Assembly: GCA_052426225.1 (NCBI GenBank)
Contig: JBNJNM010000007.1
Coordinates: 496,001-560,000, forward strand
Direction: 5' to 3'
From: Zancudomyces culisetae HAW-14-8
Taxonomy: Eukaryota; Fungi; Kickxellomycota
DNA length: 64,000 nucleotides
The translations under genes were made by a program, and so were the position numbers. Below, piece by piece: positions 54,401-64,000 of the stretch. Under the pieces are notes generated by a model. That model did not search any database and had not been told where the DNA came from. It worked only from the letters and a program-made list of their open reading frames with translations. Each line of letters opens with the position of its first letter. Position 1 is the stretch's first letter.

Positions 54401-56902
54401 AAAATATTTGGCCTGTTCGTTTGCAATAATACGATTTAAAGCAATCAAGTTAACATCGAGTTGTTCTGATAATGTATTGTCAATACCAAGATTTCCAACC
54501 CGACAGAGTTTTTTCATATGGATATATGTTTTTACCACTGAAATTGCCAGTTTTGTAGCACATAAAATGTCATCTTGGTCATAAATTGGTACAATTCCAG
54601 TAAAACTACATTCCACACACCTGTTTTCATTTAAGCTTTTTTCACCGCATTTACACCGATTACAGGGTGGTATATGCGACGTTGAATTAGTGTCAATGCT
54701 TATATATAAGGAAAGGAAATGTTTTTGAACATCTGTAAGCGTTGGGAAATCTGGTACTTTTAGATAATCTAGGCTAGCACTAGATGGGTTTGAAAGTATC
54801 AGTTGGTACAGAATCCAGTTTCTAAAACATAGCGGTTCTAGCATCCTTGATAAGGTGGTGCCATCCCCACCAGCATTGTGTTCATTAATTTTGTCCAAAT
54901 CCAGCTGGTTTTCAGATTGCAAACCGGAGATTATTGATTTGTAGTATTGTGTGTAGTTGTTTTCTCCGAGTAATCTGGAATATTGGTATAAAAATTCGGT
55001 AAAATGATATAAACTTTTGGTCCAATTGTTGAATAAAACAAGCTCATCTTGAAAGACCAAGTTCAAAGTTACAAGAAGAGCTCTTTGTAGTGATTGTTCT
55101 TGTTGTCTTTGGTTATCACTATCACTATCACTATCACTGTTATTATTGTGTACATTAGAGAATTGATTTTTTAGTAAATTGGTTAATATTTCCCACTCCA
55201 TATAATCTAGTTTTTCCATTTCATTGTATAATATATCGCCCAATTGACCAGGCACAGATCCAGACCCAGACCCAGACCCAGATTCGAGTGAATAAGTCGA
55301 GTTGCGGACCTCTGTATAAAATTCATATACAAAACTATAATACAAGGATTTATGTAGAACAAACGAGAGGCTCTTTAGTGTTTTTACCACTAGCAAATTG
55401 TGCACATACAAGTTGATTTCGATTCGATGAGTTTTATCAAATAGGTAGTACCCATTACCAAGATATTCGATTCTAGTTTCTTGGTTTGAATTGTTGTTAA
55501 AAGCGTTATTTATACCAAAAGATGGCTCCAAAGAACAAAAGGGAGTAATAATTGTGTTGGAGAGACTATTTTGATTATGTTTAGGTACTGGCAGATACTG
55601 GTCTTTACCAAATACAAGTAGTACCTTGTTTGTTTCCGTAACAAGTAGATATACATTGGGTACCAAAAGTCGTTGGTGGGTGTTGTTTTTGGCACCTTTA
55701 TTATAAAATTCACAAATATCTACAACATTGCGTATTTCGTATTCATAGTTATAATTACAGGAATGAAGAATATCAATACGTTGATTGTTGGCACCAATAT
55801 CGTAAACTCGCAAAACCTTCTTTTCACGATCTAGCACAACCAGAGCATTTTCATTTGATGTGCAATGTCCACCACCGACACTTATTACTTTTATACGATC
55901 GGTAAGAGCAAGTGGTAGTGTGGAAGAAGAATCGAGACGCAATTCACAGTGTTTGGTTGAGATATACGTTTTTTTATTCATAGTGTCTTTTGAGCTCGAA
56001 CTTTGGATATTGTATACGTGAATATAGTTTTGATAGCTGTGTAAAGAGACTTGTATGGATATCAATATAACCAATTTACCCGACATCCAAGACTTTTGAG
56101 TAGAAATAGGCTGATCGAGGTTTGGGATAAAATGCAGGATTTTGTACTTTGGAATATTCTTCTTTTTGTGTAACTTTAAAGAGTCTTGATTATTGTTTGG
56201 ATTAGTTGTATCGTGAATACTGGATGTAGAGTCACAGGTTATTGGTATATTAACAATATGTTGTTCCAAGCCGTAAATATCTTCGAGTAAACAAAACGTA
56301 AGGTTAGACACAACAGGCTGGTGATTCTGTGCAAGTTGTAGAGACTTTGGGGTTTGTGGAATTTGATACATAAAGCCACAGTCTAGAGCCACAAGCCTGG
56401 TATCTAGGGTATCAATGGTGTGAGCATAACCGGGAGTTATACACAATGTGGTTAAATCTAGGCTATTGTAGTTCCGATTTTCTAGGTACAAATCTAGAGT
56501 GTTGTCATCATACAGTACACATAACCCAACCAGCGTTCGATCTTCGTCAAGCCCTTCGGTTTTATTTACAAAATATTGGGGTGGCTGTTGTGAACTAGTG
56601 TTTGTAGCTGATTCTTTCTCACTAGTTTTTTGAAATTGGTAATTTTCCTCGCTAAGGTTTTTCGATGTATTGAATTTACAAAATAGAAATTGTTTGACAA
56701 CACCATATTCATTGACCCTCACATCTGGATAGCCATAAATACGGGGGGATAAAGTCTGTTGAAAATTTTTGGTGGAAATAGATTGAAACAAACGACCATT
56801 TTTGGTCCAAATCAAGGTATGGTTAGGTTGATAAAAGGCAACGTTTTCGACGTTTTTATGTACAAGTGTTGTGGTTGGATATTTTCTCGTTCGTGTTGGC
56901 AT
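51500..56902 (-). CDS. APC1: Anaphase-promoting complex subunit 1 (highly diverged), 1800 aa, intronless
   Basis: Colinear Apc1 PC-region blocks: LDASWILVNRP, LLKLHLP, VQSSAVLGLA..HRFVEYLVRELD, YNLSCGFALGLI, PAALVALSLVYLDSND, LFLRILASNLINFDSL, SCLLSISLYNLGSRN. Confidence 0.75.
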   Translation of the reverse strand: MPTRTRKYPTTTLVHKNVENVAFYQPNHTLIWTKNGRLFQSISTKNFQQTLSPRIYGYPDVRVNEYGVVKQFLFCKFNTSKNLSEENYQFQKTSEKESATNTSSQQPPQYFVNKTEGLDEDRTLVGLCVLYDDNTLDLYLENRNYNSLDLTTLCITPGYAHTIDTLDTRLVALDCGFMYQIPQTPKSLQLAQNHQPVVSNLTFCLLEDIYGLEQHIVNIPITCDSTSSIHDTTNPNNNQDSLKLHKKKNIPKYKILHFIPNLDQPISTQKSWMSGKLVILISIQVSLHSYQNYIHVYNIQSSSSKDTMNKKTYISTKHCELRLDSSSTLPLALTDRIKVISVGGGHCTSNENALVVLDREKKVLRVYDIGANNQRIDILHSCNYNYEYEIRNVVDICEFYNKGAKNNTHQRLLVPNVYLLVTETNKVLLVFGKDQYLPVPKHNQNSLSNTIITPFCSLEPSFGINNAFNNNSNQETRIEYLGNGYYLFDKTHRIEINLYVHNLLVVKTLKSLSFVLHKSLYYSFVYEFYTEVRNSTYSLESGSGSGSGSVPGQLGDILYNEMEKLDYMEWEILTNLLKNQFSNVHNNNSDSDSDSDNQRQQEQSLQRALLVTLNLVFQDELVLFNNWTKSLYHFTEFLYQYSRLLGENNYTQYYKSIISGLQSENQLDLDKINEHNAGGDGTTLSRMLEPLCFRNWILYQLILSNPSSASLDYLKVPDFPTLTDVQKHFLSLYISIDTNSTSHIPPCNRCKCGEKSLNENRCVECSFTGIVPIYDQDDILCATKLAISVVKTYIHMKKLCRVGNLGIDNTLSEQLDVNLIALNRIIANEQAKYFNDGLKLAIFGTIQEYNSFISKNKKILFCNLRLTDNNNNNNNNNNNNNNININGNSNDNNDANITEKHAELDIGSFQYTATSKRRVVNTAIRNLSLPIWIYTNYHNTLKNVLNPHKPLEIPSLDLSVQIKTKVQAITAIAKRSEITQPIINEAVFMNAMSYTMSIFSPSKGNHSISGRNTNLDASWILVNRPDTNQLIKSVPISDQLYKDAVEANKNAIITYAALLYSVALSLNAHNPVETIELWQLIEDLNDSNNDIVKSAILLSKSIQHGVSNTQNIINLLKLHLPRLSNTLVNGIPSSSFNDTNEPSNIYNFLDTINDTDSILNSTNDAETTSLMSPSLVVQSSAVLGLAITFPLHKSHRFVEYLVRELDSFGVLSSKYDYSENTMDQIVAQSQYNLSCGFALGLIFNLLDTQQQKKQPSQSQASVFTSSTLHNLVPSLSTTLLSLLNNQSLFDFTYRLTSSSSSSTTTTTTPAKMALSSLVREPAALVALSLVYLDSNDASISSQISSPFTSIQTILALTTESLFLRILASNLINFDSLAGISNKSALLTLIPIPLTNILNINSANDVFSLSVIDLLGFSDADNLLSTYTTCLSSCLLSISLYNLGSRNPACTNLLLECIVYFINLFKPSRTPESDNITIDSILNSVKHELLTHLSLLCVCVGLVNIGVLQSDDSTNITTSNNNNIDSGFYLLDIINHVDAFYPSVLYPKTSKNRHQNQHSNTEANDYNIDHIDGDNDDEDEDDDDDDQLTQPSTTDPNNIDTRFIQVNTFHISKHLNFAKHLLSMTSHTPIFNSTNDLPSSLSQPCPQKPSRLSVSLFLISLFPIYLPNPNPTAAATTTSDIGGSNNGNRCTSNFSILSFTNYFWSLLHIFSSNIDSSPYNQTQLGQAQHTHIHTHIPTPSFLLPNLAQDPKSKNPTFLNCSFLDLLAMDFPEHDDRCSNAKGTYNRDDGNVKSKLLYKLLS
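54257..54300 (-). repeat. (AAC/AAT)n microsatellite encoding a poly-Asn tract in APC1
   Basis: Plus strand reads (TTGTTA)n; translation shows about 15 consecutive Asn. Confidence 0.9.
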
Positions 56903-58141
56903 TTTATTTTATTTTTTGATTATAAACCCTTGGTGGTGGCGGTGATGGTGGTAGGGAGCGGTTGTTTTTTTATATTTTTTATATTTTGTTTTGAAAAATA
57001 CATTTAGTCATATGAATAATATAATAGTTTTGATATATTATTTTATAATATATCAAGCAAAAACATCAAAAAAATAAATGAACAAATGTAAATAACAATC
57101 GTAAATATCAGGCTAATAAAAAAATCTACCAATTTTCTTACATGATTCAAAATAGTAAACAAAAAAAAAAGTCTTGCAAAACTATCTTAAAATACTAAAA
57201 GTATAATGAACAAAAAAAAGGAACAGAGGCGGCAAATACCGATACTGTGATCTAGTTTCATTCTAGTACCATTGTTATATAGGATTAAAATTAAACCAAA
57301 CGAAAACAGGAAAACATCATATATTAGAACTACATTTATGTACATAAAACACAACAGGTTTGATATATTGACTCAGATTGAATATATGATTTGTATTGCA
57401 CATGTTGCTTTCTACTCTGCTATAATCTAGCATGCTGACTAAATTTGTAGGATCCAGTGTGTGTGGGAGAGGAGGAGGTGGGGAGCAAGGGAATAGTAGT
57501 AGGGCAATATCAATTTTTTTGGCCTGAATGTTTAAAGCAAGTTTATTTTTATTTTTATAAAATGCCTAGTAAATGTACAGGCAAAATGGAGGTAATATTT
57601 TGATTGGTTTTATTATTCCACCGCCCATTTCCGTCATCTCATTTCCCTTCCCCTCCCTTCCCTTCCTTTCTCTTCCTCACGACCTACTTTTTTATTATTT
57701 TCATCTCCCCCTCTTTACTCTGTTATGACTTGACTCTCCACTATTACAGTTTTTTTTCTCACTTTTTTTTTATAAACATTTTAGGGAATTTTGAATATTT
57801 TTCAATCTCAACTAATAAACCAAAACAACAACAACTGCAATTACAACAAAAAAAATAATTAAAAAAAAGGTAAATAAAAATTAAAATAAATGGGATTACG
57901 TATTATAGTTTTTTTTTTTTTGAGACAAATAAAGAAAATATAAACATACAAACTTCAATATATAACAAAATAACAAAAAGGCAAAAATAAAGGGTATAAA
58001 GGGGATAGTTAATAAAGGAGCAAAATGATTCAAGAAGAACATAAAGAAACCAAATTTATAGAAGGCAAGTTGGGAAAAAGCTAATAGATTAGAAATAAAA
58101 AGCATCTGGTACTAATAAATCTAATAGCAATTTTAATATAA

Positions 58142-59590
58142 ATGAATATAGATTTGGAAAAATGCATACGGCTTATAAGCAAAGGAGTGGAAAAGACAGA
58201 AAAGATATACGTGCAACGAGCATTACGTGAAGTTCCAAAGCTGCGAAAAAAGACAGATGGAGAGGTGTTGGCACGAGTGGTTCGAGAATTGAAACAAAAG
58301 AAATTGGGAGAAAAAGAAAATTGGCAAGCAGTGATGGAAGTGGTGGCAAGTAATGTGGAGCAAGTTGGAAGAAAGGGCAGTGAGGGGGTTGAAAAGATGG
58401 AAGGGGTTGAGGAAAGTGGGAAAGAAGAGGAGCAGGGACGGGTTGTTGGGGCAGTTGAGGAAAAAAACAAAGTGGAGGTAGCAATGTTTATGGGGATGGT
58501 GGGGATGATATATTTGCTAGACCAAAAAGAGAAGGATAGAGCAGTTAAAGTGAGCAATGTGGTACTCAGAGAGGCAAAAGGGGAGTATAGAGCAATAAGT
58601 GAGGCGATAATGGCGCAGATATATTTCTATTACTCGCGGGTATATGAAGAGCGAGGACAGCTTGAGGAGATTCGAGGAGAGTTGTTGGTGGGGTTACAGA
58701 GGGCAATGCAGGAAGGGTACGAGGAAGTACAAGGGATGGTGGTAACGTTGGGGTTGCGCAATTATATACAGTACAAGCTGTACAACCAGGCGTCAAAGTT
58801 GATGGGGAGATGTGCATATCCATACAAGAGCAGCAGTAATAATATGACGGCAAGATATCTGTACTATGCAGGATTGGTGCAGGCGATAGAACTGGAATAT
58901 TCAAAGGCACACATGAATTTGCAGGATGCAAGTAGGAAAGTGAGTTTTTCAAGAGGCAGTGCGGGGTTCTTGCAGCAAGTATACAAGGCAATGGTGGTGG
59001 TTGGATTGTTGATGGGAGAGATAGTGGAGAAGGGAATGATTCACAACAACAAGTATTTGAAGAAACCATTGCGGGGATATTTGGAGTTGGTTAGGGCGGT
59101 GAGAACAGGAAAATTGGCAGAGTTTCAAGAGGTGGTGGAGCGACACCATGAGCAGTTTTTGAAGGATGGGCTGATGTTGTTGATTATGCGATTGAGACAC
59201 AATGTAATCAAGGCAGGAATCCGGGCGATATGTACGGCGTATCGACGGATATCGCTGCGAGATATATGCTTGAAGTTGCATTTGGATAGTGAAGAAGATG
59301 CAGAGTATATAGTGAGCAAAGCGATATACGACAAGGTAGTTTCGGAGGCAACAATAGTGCACGAAAAGGGATATGTAGAAACACGAGTAGCAGGGGATAT
59401 GTATGGAAGTGGCAAGCCACAGGAATTGTTTGATGCAAGAATAGGGTTCTGTTTGGGAGTATATAACGATAGCGTACGGGCAATGAGATATCCCGACAGT
59501 GCGATTGAAACGATTGAGAGCAAAATGCCAATTGAACTTGAGGAAGACGATGATGGAGATAGTGACGAAAGTGATTTGGACATGTTTTAA
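58142..59590 (+). CDS. RPN3: 26S proteasome lid subunit Rpn3 (PSMD3), 482 aa, intronless
   Basis: IYFYYSRVYE, LRNYIQYKLYNQASKL, ARYLYYAGLVQAIELEY, RLRHNVIKAGIR..YRRISLRDICLKLHLDSEEDAEYIVSKAI (PCI domain), SVRAMRYP. Confidence 0.93.
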   Translation: MNIDLEKCIRLISKGVEKTEKIYVQRALREVPKLRKKTDGEVLARVVRELKQKKLGEKENWQAVMEVVASNVEQVGRKGSEGVEKMEGVEESGKEEEQGRVVGAVEEKNKVEVAMFMGMVGMIYLLDQKEKDRAVKVSNVVLREAKGEYRAISEAIMAQIYFYYSRVYEERGQLEEIRGELLVGLQRAMQEGYEEVQGMVVTLGLRNYIQYKLYNQASKLMGRCAYPYKSSSNNMTARYLYYAGLVQAIELEYSKAHMNLQDASRKVSFSRGSAGFLQQVYKAMVVVGLLMGEIVEKGMIHNNKYLKKPLRGYLELVRAVRTGKLAEFQEVVERHHEQFLKDGLMLLIMRLRHNVIKAGIRAICTAYRRISLRDICLKLHLDSEEDAEYIVSKAIYDKVVSEATIVHEKGYVETRVAGDMYGSGKPQELFDARIGFCLGVYNDSVRAMRYPDSAIETIESKMPIELEEDDDGDSDESDLDMF

Positions 59591-59617
59591 ATATTATAAA
59601 GTTTTTTATATATGAAA

Positions 59618-61672
59618 TTAAATTCTATTATTGATTAGTTTAGTAAATAAAAGAAAGTCATCATTGGAAGAAGAATATAAGGATTCAGCTAGAGAATAAG
59701 TTCGGATGATTCCATTAGTGTCTCCTGTGGCGATTAGTCGACCGGCATTACCAAACGCCAATTTATTAAGTCCAGCCAATGGTAATGATGACGACTTGTT
59801 GTTAATGGATGTAGATTCAATTGGGACTTCAGGATTGGTAGATAAATCAAATAGAGACAAAGATCCAGCAGCATCAACAGCAGCAAACACACAAGGATGA
59901 GAAGGAGACCATTTGGCATCCATCACATAATCCGAAAAAGTATCAATCGCATGGATACTGCGGACATTAAGGCGTCGGTTCTGGGCATCGGAAGTAACCA
60001 AAGCCGAACTTGGCCGCAAACCAGCTCGGTGTTTGAATAGGCGGACCGACCAATCAAACGACGCCGTCAACACAATATCGGAAAAGTTGGGGTGGACATG
60101 CAGAGCCGAAATGCGGCTGGTGTGGCCAACATAGCGATCCGAACCCAACCCAGCTCTTGCTCCTGCTTTGTCAACACGACTGCCACTATAAACATTTCCA
60201 TCGTGTCCACCTGCCCAAAATGTATCGCTACTTGCAAAATCTATTCCCGATACATCTGTAAGCGCCAGTTGCTCAATCGGTGCAGCCAACATATCCATCT
60301 GCCACACACTCATTGCTCCGTCTGTACTCGTCGTTACCATCATCCGGTTCTGCCGGCTCCCCACCAGCCGAACTGCAAAAATCGGCTGCGAATGGCCTGA
60401 ATTGCTGCGTCCCACCGGTGAACTCCCTGCTCGAATATCCCATATTACCACCTGGCCCGAATACGTTGCTCCGACTATTGTTGTTGGTGAATATTCGTCC
60501 ATTGCCACACTCAAAACATCCGAATTGCTATAAAACCGGTATTCCGGCCGTTCTTTTAAATGAAGATTCCACACTTCAACCATTCCATCCTGCTCACTCG
60601 GTGCCATCACATCTCGGTTATAACTAACTGCTAACAACTCGCTATGTTTACTACTAAACGCCAAATCTGTCACGCTACGCCCGCCTTCGCCCCCCTTCTT
60701 GTTACTGCCAAATTCCCGCTGCAACTCCATCAGACTTTCCTTTGCCTCGTCTCCTACCTCCGCCGCTCCATAATCTATCGTAATATCATAATCCTCATCC
60801 AATGCCCGCTCAATAATCTTGCTACCTCGCTCTACTGCCCGGTACACATCCTCACTCAGTACTTCCAGCACTTGTTGCTCCTTCAGTATTTCAACCTGCT
60901 TATCTTTTTCTCGTTGGCTAGCCTCCCTCTTGGCTTCCGCCAACTCTTGTTCTGTACGCCGTCGCTCTTGTTGAACTGCCTCTTTTACCTTTTCCTCTAC
61001 ATTCTCCGAACTTACCAACCCCTTCAGTTTTTGCACTCTTGCCAATATTTCTTCCTCATCCTCTTCTGTCACCACTTGGATCTCTTTGTGATATGTTACT
61101 TTTTCCTTGGGCGCTAAATCATATACCACTGCTGAAAATGTACTCAGCTCTACCACCGGCACTTTTCTTTCTTCAGCTCCCTTTGTCCCCATCCTCTCTA
61201 TATCCATACTATTTCCTCCTCCTCCTCCTCCTCTGCTACTGGCACTATCGCTCTTCCCTATACTACTTCCAACACTGCTACTCTTATCCAGCTCCATCCC
61301 GCCCTCATTACTCTCGTATGTTTTGTTTTGCATTTTTCCTTGCTGTCCACCTATGCTTTCCCCCGACATTACTCCAGGTTCTTGATTGCCTACCCGTTCA
61401 CTCTCAGTTTTGTTAACCATCGTATTGGTACTAACTCGCACTCCCGTATCTCCGCTCTCCCGCTCGCCCACCAGAGAATTCACCAACTCTTCAATATTCC
61501 TACTTTTCACTTCACCTACTCCCCCAGCCCCAGCTCCAGCTCCTACTCCTCCTGCTCCTGCTCCTCCTGCTTGCCTGGTATTCAAAAGTTGTTGCCTTCT
61601 TTCTTCTCTAGCCCGCCGCAATTCTGCCAATTTGGCTCGTTTTTTTTCTAATTCCCCTCTTCTACTCTCCAT
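59618..61672 (-). CDS. PAC11: Cytoplasmic dynein intermediate chain (WD40), 684 aa, intronless
   Basis: RRGELEKKRAKLAELRRAREER N-terminus, VTYHKEIQ light-chain site, KIIERALDEDYDI, WD40 repeats GATYSGQVVIWD, LTASFDWSVRL, YVMDAKWSPSHPCVFA. Confidence 0.9.
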   Translation of the reverse strand: MESRRGELEKKRAKLAELRRAREERRQQLLNTRQAGGAGAGGVGAGAGAGGVGEVKSRNIEELVNSLVGERESGDTGVRVSTNTMVNKTESERVGNQEPGVMSGESIGGQQGKMQNKTYESNEGGMELDKSSSVGSSIGKSDSASSRGGGGGGNSMDIERMGTKGAEERKVPVVELSTFSAVVYDLAPKEKVTYHKEIQVVTEEDEEEILARVQKLKGLVSSENVEEKVKEAVQQERRRTEQELAEAKREASQREKDKQVEILKEQQVLEVLSEDVYRAVERGSKIIERALDEDYDITIDYGAAEVGDEAKESLMELQREFGSNKKGGEGGRSVTDLAFSSKHSELLAVSYNRDVMAPSEQDGMVEVWNLHLKERPEYRFYSNSDVLSVAMDEYSPTTIVGATYSGQVVIWDIRAGSSPVGRSNSGHSQPIFAVRLVGSRQNRMMVTTSTDGAMSVWQMDMLAAPIEQLALTDVSGIDFASSDTFWAGGHDGNVYSGSRVDKAGARAGLGSDRYVGHTSRISALHVHPNFSDIVLTASFDWSVRLFKHRAGLRPSSALVTSDAQNRRLNVRSIHAIDTFSDYVMDAKWSPSHPCVFAAVDAAGSLSLFDLSTNPEVPIESTSINNKSSSLPLAGLNKLAFGNAGRLIATGDTNGIIRTYSLAESLYSSSNDDFLLFTKLINNRI

Positions 61673-61919
61673 TCTTGTTTTCTTTTTTTATATTATTTTA
61701 TTTTATTTTATTATTTTACTTTTTACTCGTTATTTTAGCCACCAACATATTATTTTATTTTTATTTTTTTTTCCCACTTGAAAATATTATTTATCAACTA
61801 ATAGCGCTAATAAAAACTAAATTCAAGATTACTCTCACCACATTATTGTAAACAAACCATATTTTTACTTTTTAAATTCCCGTTTCTTCAATCGTTTTTT
61901 TTTATTACCAATAATTTCC

Positions 61920-61951
61920 TCCCAACACCCAACACCCAACACCCAACACCC
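61920..61951. repeat. (CCCAACA)4 tandem repeat in the intergenic region between the dynein intermediate chain and SPT2 genes
   Basis: Directly visible. Confidence 0.85.
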
Positions 61952-62352
61952 TATTTTCACACCCCTCGCCTATCCCCTCTCCACACTCTCACCCTCACTC
62001 CCACCAAAAAACTCAATTTTACTCCCCCTTCCCTCTACCTGCCCTTTCTAATCTCTAAATTATCACATACTTCATTGTGAACACTTCATAGTCATTCCCC
62101 TCTTAATTAGTGTATCAATGTCTCTTTATATTCTTCCTTTTTATGCTTTTCAAAAAGATCATTTAAACAGTTGAAAATAAAAACTATAATAATATCGTTA
62201 AAAATCCAAAACCCATATAAAACTGAAAATAAAGAAAAGCTATAAAAATATAAAATATAGTCTATTATCCACATCTTCCCACCCGCTTCATCACTTTTTC
62301 TTTTTCTTTTTCTTTTTTTTTAAAAAAAAAAGGAAATAAAAGAGAAATTCAA

Positions 62353-63945
62353 CTATTTTCCTTTTGCCCTCATACTCTTCTGCTTTTGTGCCTGTTTATA
62401 TCTTCTTTCCTCCTCTAACTCTCGCTGTTCCTCAATCATATCCTCCAATTTTGCAATCTTCAAACTACGATGTTCCTCTTGGTTCAGATAATCTATGCTC
62501 GCCTCCATATCTGAACTATCACCATCATCATCATACCCCGCTATTCGCCGCCTCTTTGCCCCGCCATCATTATATCGTCTAGCATCATACCCCGTGATTT
62601 TATACAATTCTTTTCTATAATCAAGATTTCCACCCCCACCCCCACTCCCTCTTCCTCCTCTACTATAACCACTTGCATCACTTTCGTCCTCATCGGATAC
62701 TATAAACCCATCCATTGAATCATACTCATCCTCTTCTTCATATCTTGATCTTCGCTTCGGTTCATATGCTGGTCTCTTTGTGCTTCTTGCATTTGCAGAC
62801 ATGCTTATAGATTTATTCGCCTTATATGACCTGCTCAAGCTACTTGATTCGTATCTCTCCCTACTGCTGCCTCTGCTTTCGGCTCTACTATCAATACCAA
62901 CACCCTTACTACTACTTTTCCAACCATACTCACTTTTTGCTGTTCTATCGGGTGTTAGTGATCGTTTTGACCTTTCTTTTGGCCGCTCTTTTAGTTTTTG
63001 TTTAACTCCAAACCGGTCCAATTCCTGTACCACTTTTCTCTCCTTCTTTTCCTCGGAAATACTCAATGACTTGACTTTTGACGGATCCAACTTTTTTTCT
63101 GTTCTTTTAACTCCACCGTTATCCACCACTCTATTCGCCCTACTATTATCTCTCGAAAGCCCATTCCCTTCCCTGCCATCTCTACCATTATTTCCAGCGG
63201 AACTCCTTGATAAACTAGCATTCGCTCTACTCATTTGTAGCTCCTTATCCCTTTTCATTTTGCTCTTTGCACTCTCCATCATTCGAATCGGTATCCCACT
63301 TTTTCCTACAGTTTTAGCCCCCGCCACTCCTCCTCTAGCTTCCTCTCCAACTCGGCTCTTGATTCCCGAACCTAGACCCAATCTAGATCCAAGTCCTCCA
63401 CTACCACCCATTCTACTCATTCCACTACCAACACCCTCCTTACTCTTATCCTTATAAAGTGCTTGTCCCTTTGACGCTGCATTTTTCATCAACTCTTTAT
63501 ATGTCAAGTGTCGCTTCTTGCTATCGGACACATCTTTATCTTTGGTCGTTTCCACCATCCTTTTTGCTTCTCGTTGTATACCTGCTCTATTTTCTACACT
63601 CCCTTTCCTCTGTGTTTCATTGCTAGCACCATCACTTTTACTGCCATACTTGCTCCTTTCAAGGCTTTTTCCTATTGAAGCTTGGCTAGGTTTGCTATAC
63701 CCTCTCGACTCTAGTCCTTCTCGCTCCCTTTTCTCCCGTTGTTGTTGCTGTTGCTGCTGCTGTTGCTGTTGTGTCCTTTTTTGCAGTATTTCTTGTTTCT
63801 CCCTTTCTATCCTTCTATCCCGTTCCAATTGCGCCACGCTGTACAATCTCTCTCCTTTACGTACTCCACCACCAGCACCTCCTCCTCCCCCACCTGTTTC
63901 TCCCTTTACCATGCTCAACAACTTGTTGAAATCTAAATTTTGCAT
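62353..63945 (-). CDS. SPT2: SPT2-family chromatin protein / histone chaperone, 530 aa, intronless
   Basis: LTYKELMKNA; C-terminal SPT2 domain YDSMDGFIVSDE..ELYKITGYD..DSSDMEASIDYLNQEEHRSLKIAKLEDMIEE; poly-Q and G/S/R-rich middle. Confidence 0.82.
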   Translation of the reverse strand: MQNLDFNKLLSMVKGETGGGGGGAGGGVRKGERLYSVAQLERDRRIEREKQEILQKRTQQQQQQQQQQQREKREREGLESRGYSKPSQASIGKSLERSKYGSKSDGASNETQRKGSVENRAGIQREAKRMVETTKDKDVSDSKKRHLTYKELMKNAASKGQALYKDKSKEGVGSGMSRMGGSGGLGSRLGLGSGIKSRVGEEARGGVAGAKTVGKSGIPIRMMESAKSKMKRDKELQMSRANASLSRSSAGNNGRDGREGNGLSRDNSRANRVVDNGGVKRTEKKLDPSKVKSLSISEEKKERKVVQELDRFGVKQKLKERPKERSKRSLTPDRTAKSEYGWKSSSKGVGIDSRAESRGSSRERYESSSLSRSYKANKSISMSANARSTKRPAYEPKRRSRYEEEDEYDSMDGFIVSDEDESDASGYSRGGRGSGGGGGNLDYRKELYKITGYDARRYNDGGAKRRRIAGYDDDGDSSDMEASIDYLNQEEHRSLKIAKLEDMIEEQRELEEERRYKQAQKQKSMRAKGK

Positions 63946-64000
63946 TTTTTTTCTATTCTATTCTATTCTATTCTATTCTTCTTTTTTTCTTTTCCCTCTA

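Noticed and set aside
58081-63936. Many overlapping antisense ORFs (L/S/P/F-rich) opposite RPN3, dynein IC and SPT2
   Set aside because: Shadow ORFs arising from the compositional bias of the real genes on the other strand.

Overview
AT-rich, gene-dense eukaryotic DNA from a fungus, with short GT-AG introns and mostly ACTAA(C/T)-type branch points. Gene content and style suggest an early-diverging lineage (Zoopagomycota/Kickxellomycotina-like); this is an inference I cannot confirm. I reconstructed about 24 protein-coding genes by hand, and the spliced models of the recognisable genes close in frame. In order: PPR protein (5' truncated), SEC2, an orphan, FMP32/DUF1640, SNRNP27, CCDC130/YJU2-family, MDM34, glutaredoxin, histidine acid phosphatase, GPD, ECT1 copy A, Fungal_trans-domain protein, RPS15, CAF1/POP2, HEL2, EXO1, Sel1-repeat protein, an orphan, ECT1 copy B, thioredoxin/PDI-like protein, divergent APC1, RPN3, dynein intermediate chain and SPT2. 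I found no tRNA, rRNA, CRISPR array or transposase. Main observations: (1) a secreted-type thioredoxin whose WCGYC active site is tandemly duplicated, with only synonymous differences across the first ten codons; (2) a ~3.5-kb inverted duplication of the whole intron-containing ECT1 gene that brackets a 19.4-kb segment; (3) a Sel1-repeat protein with both a mitochondrial-type presequence and a CaaX box; (4) a thrice-repeated motif in RPS15 intron 1; (5) strong purine/pyrimidine skew domains that flip inside genes.
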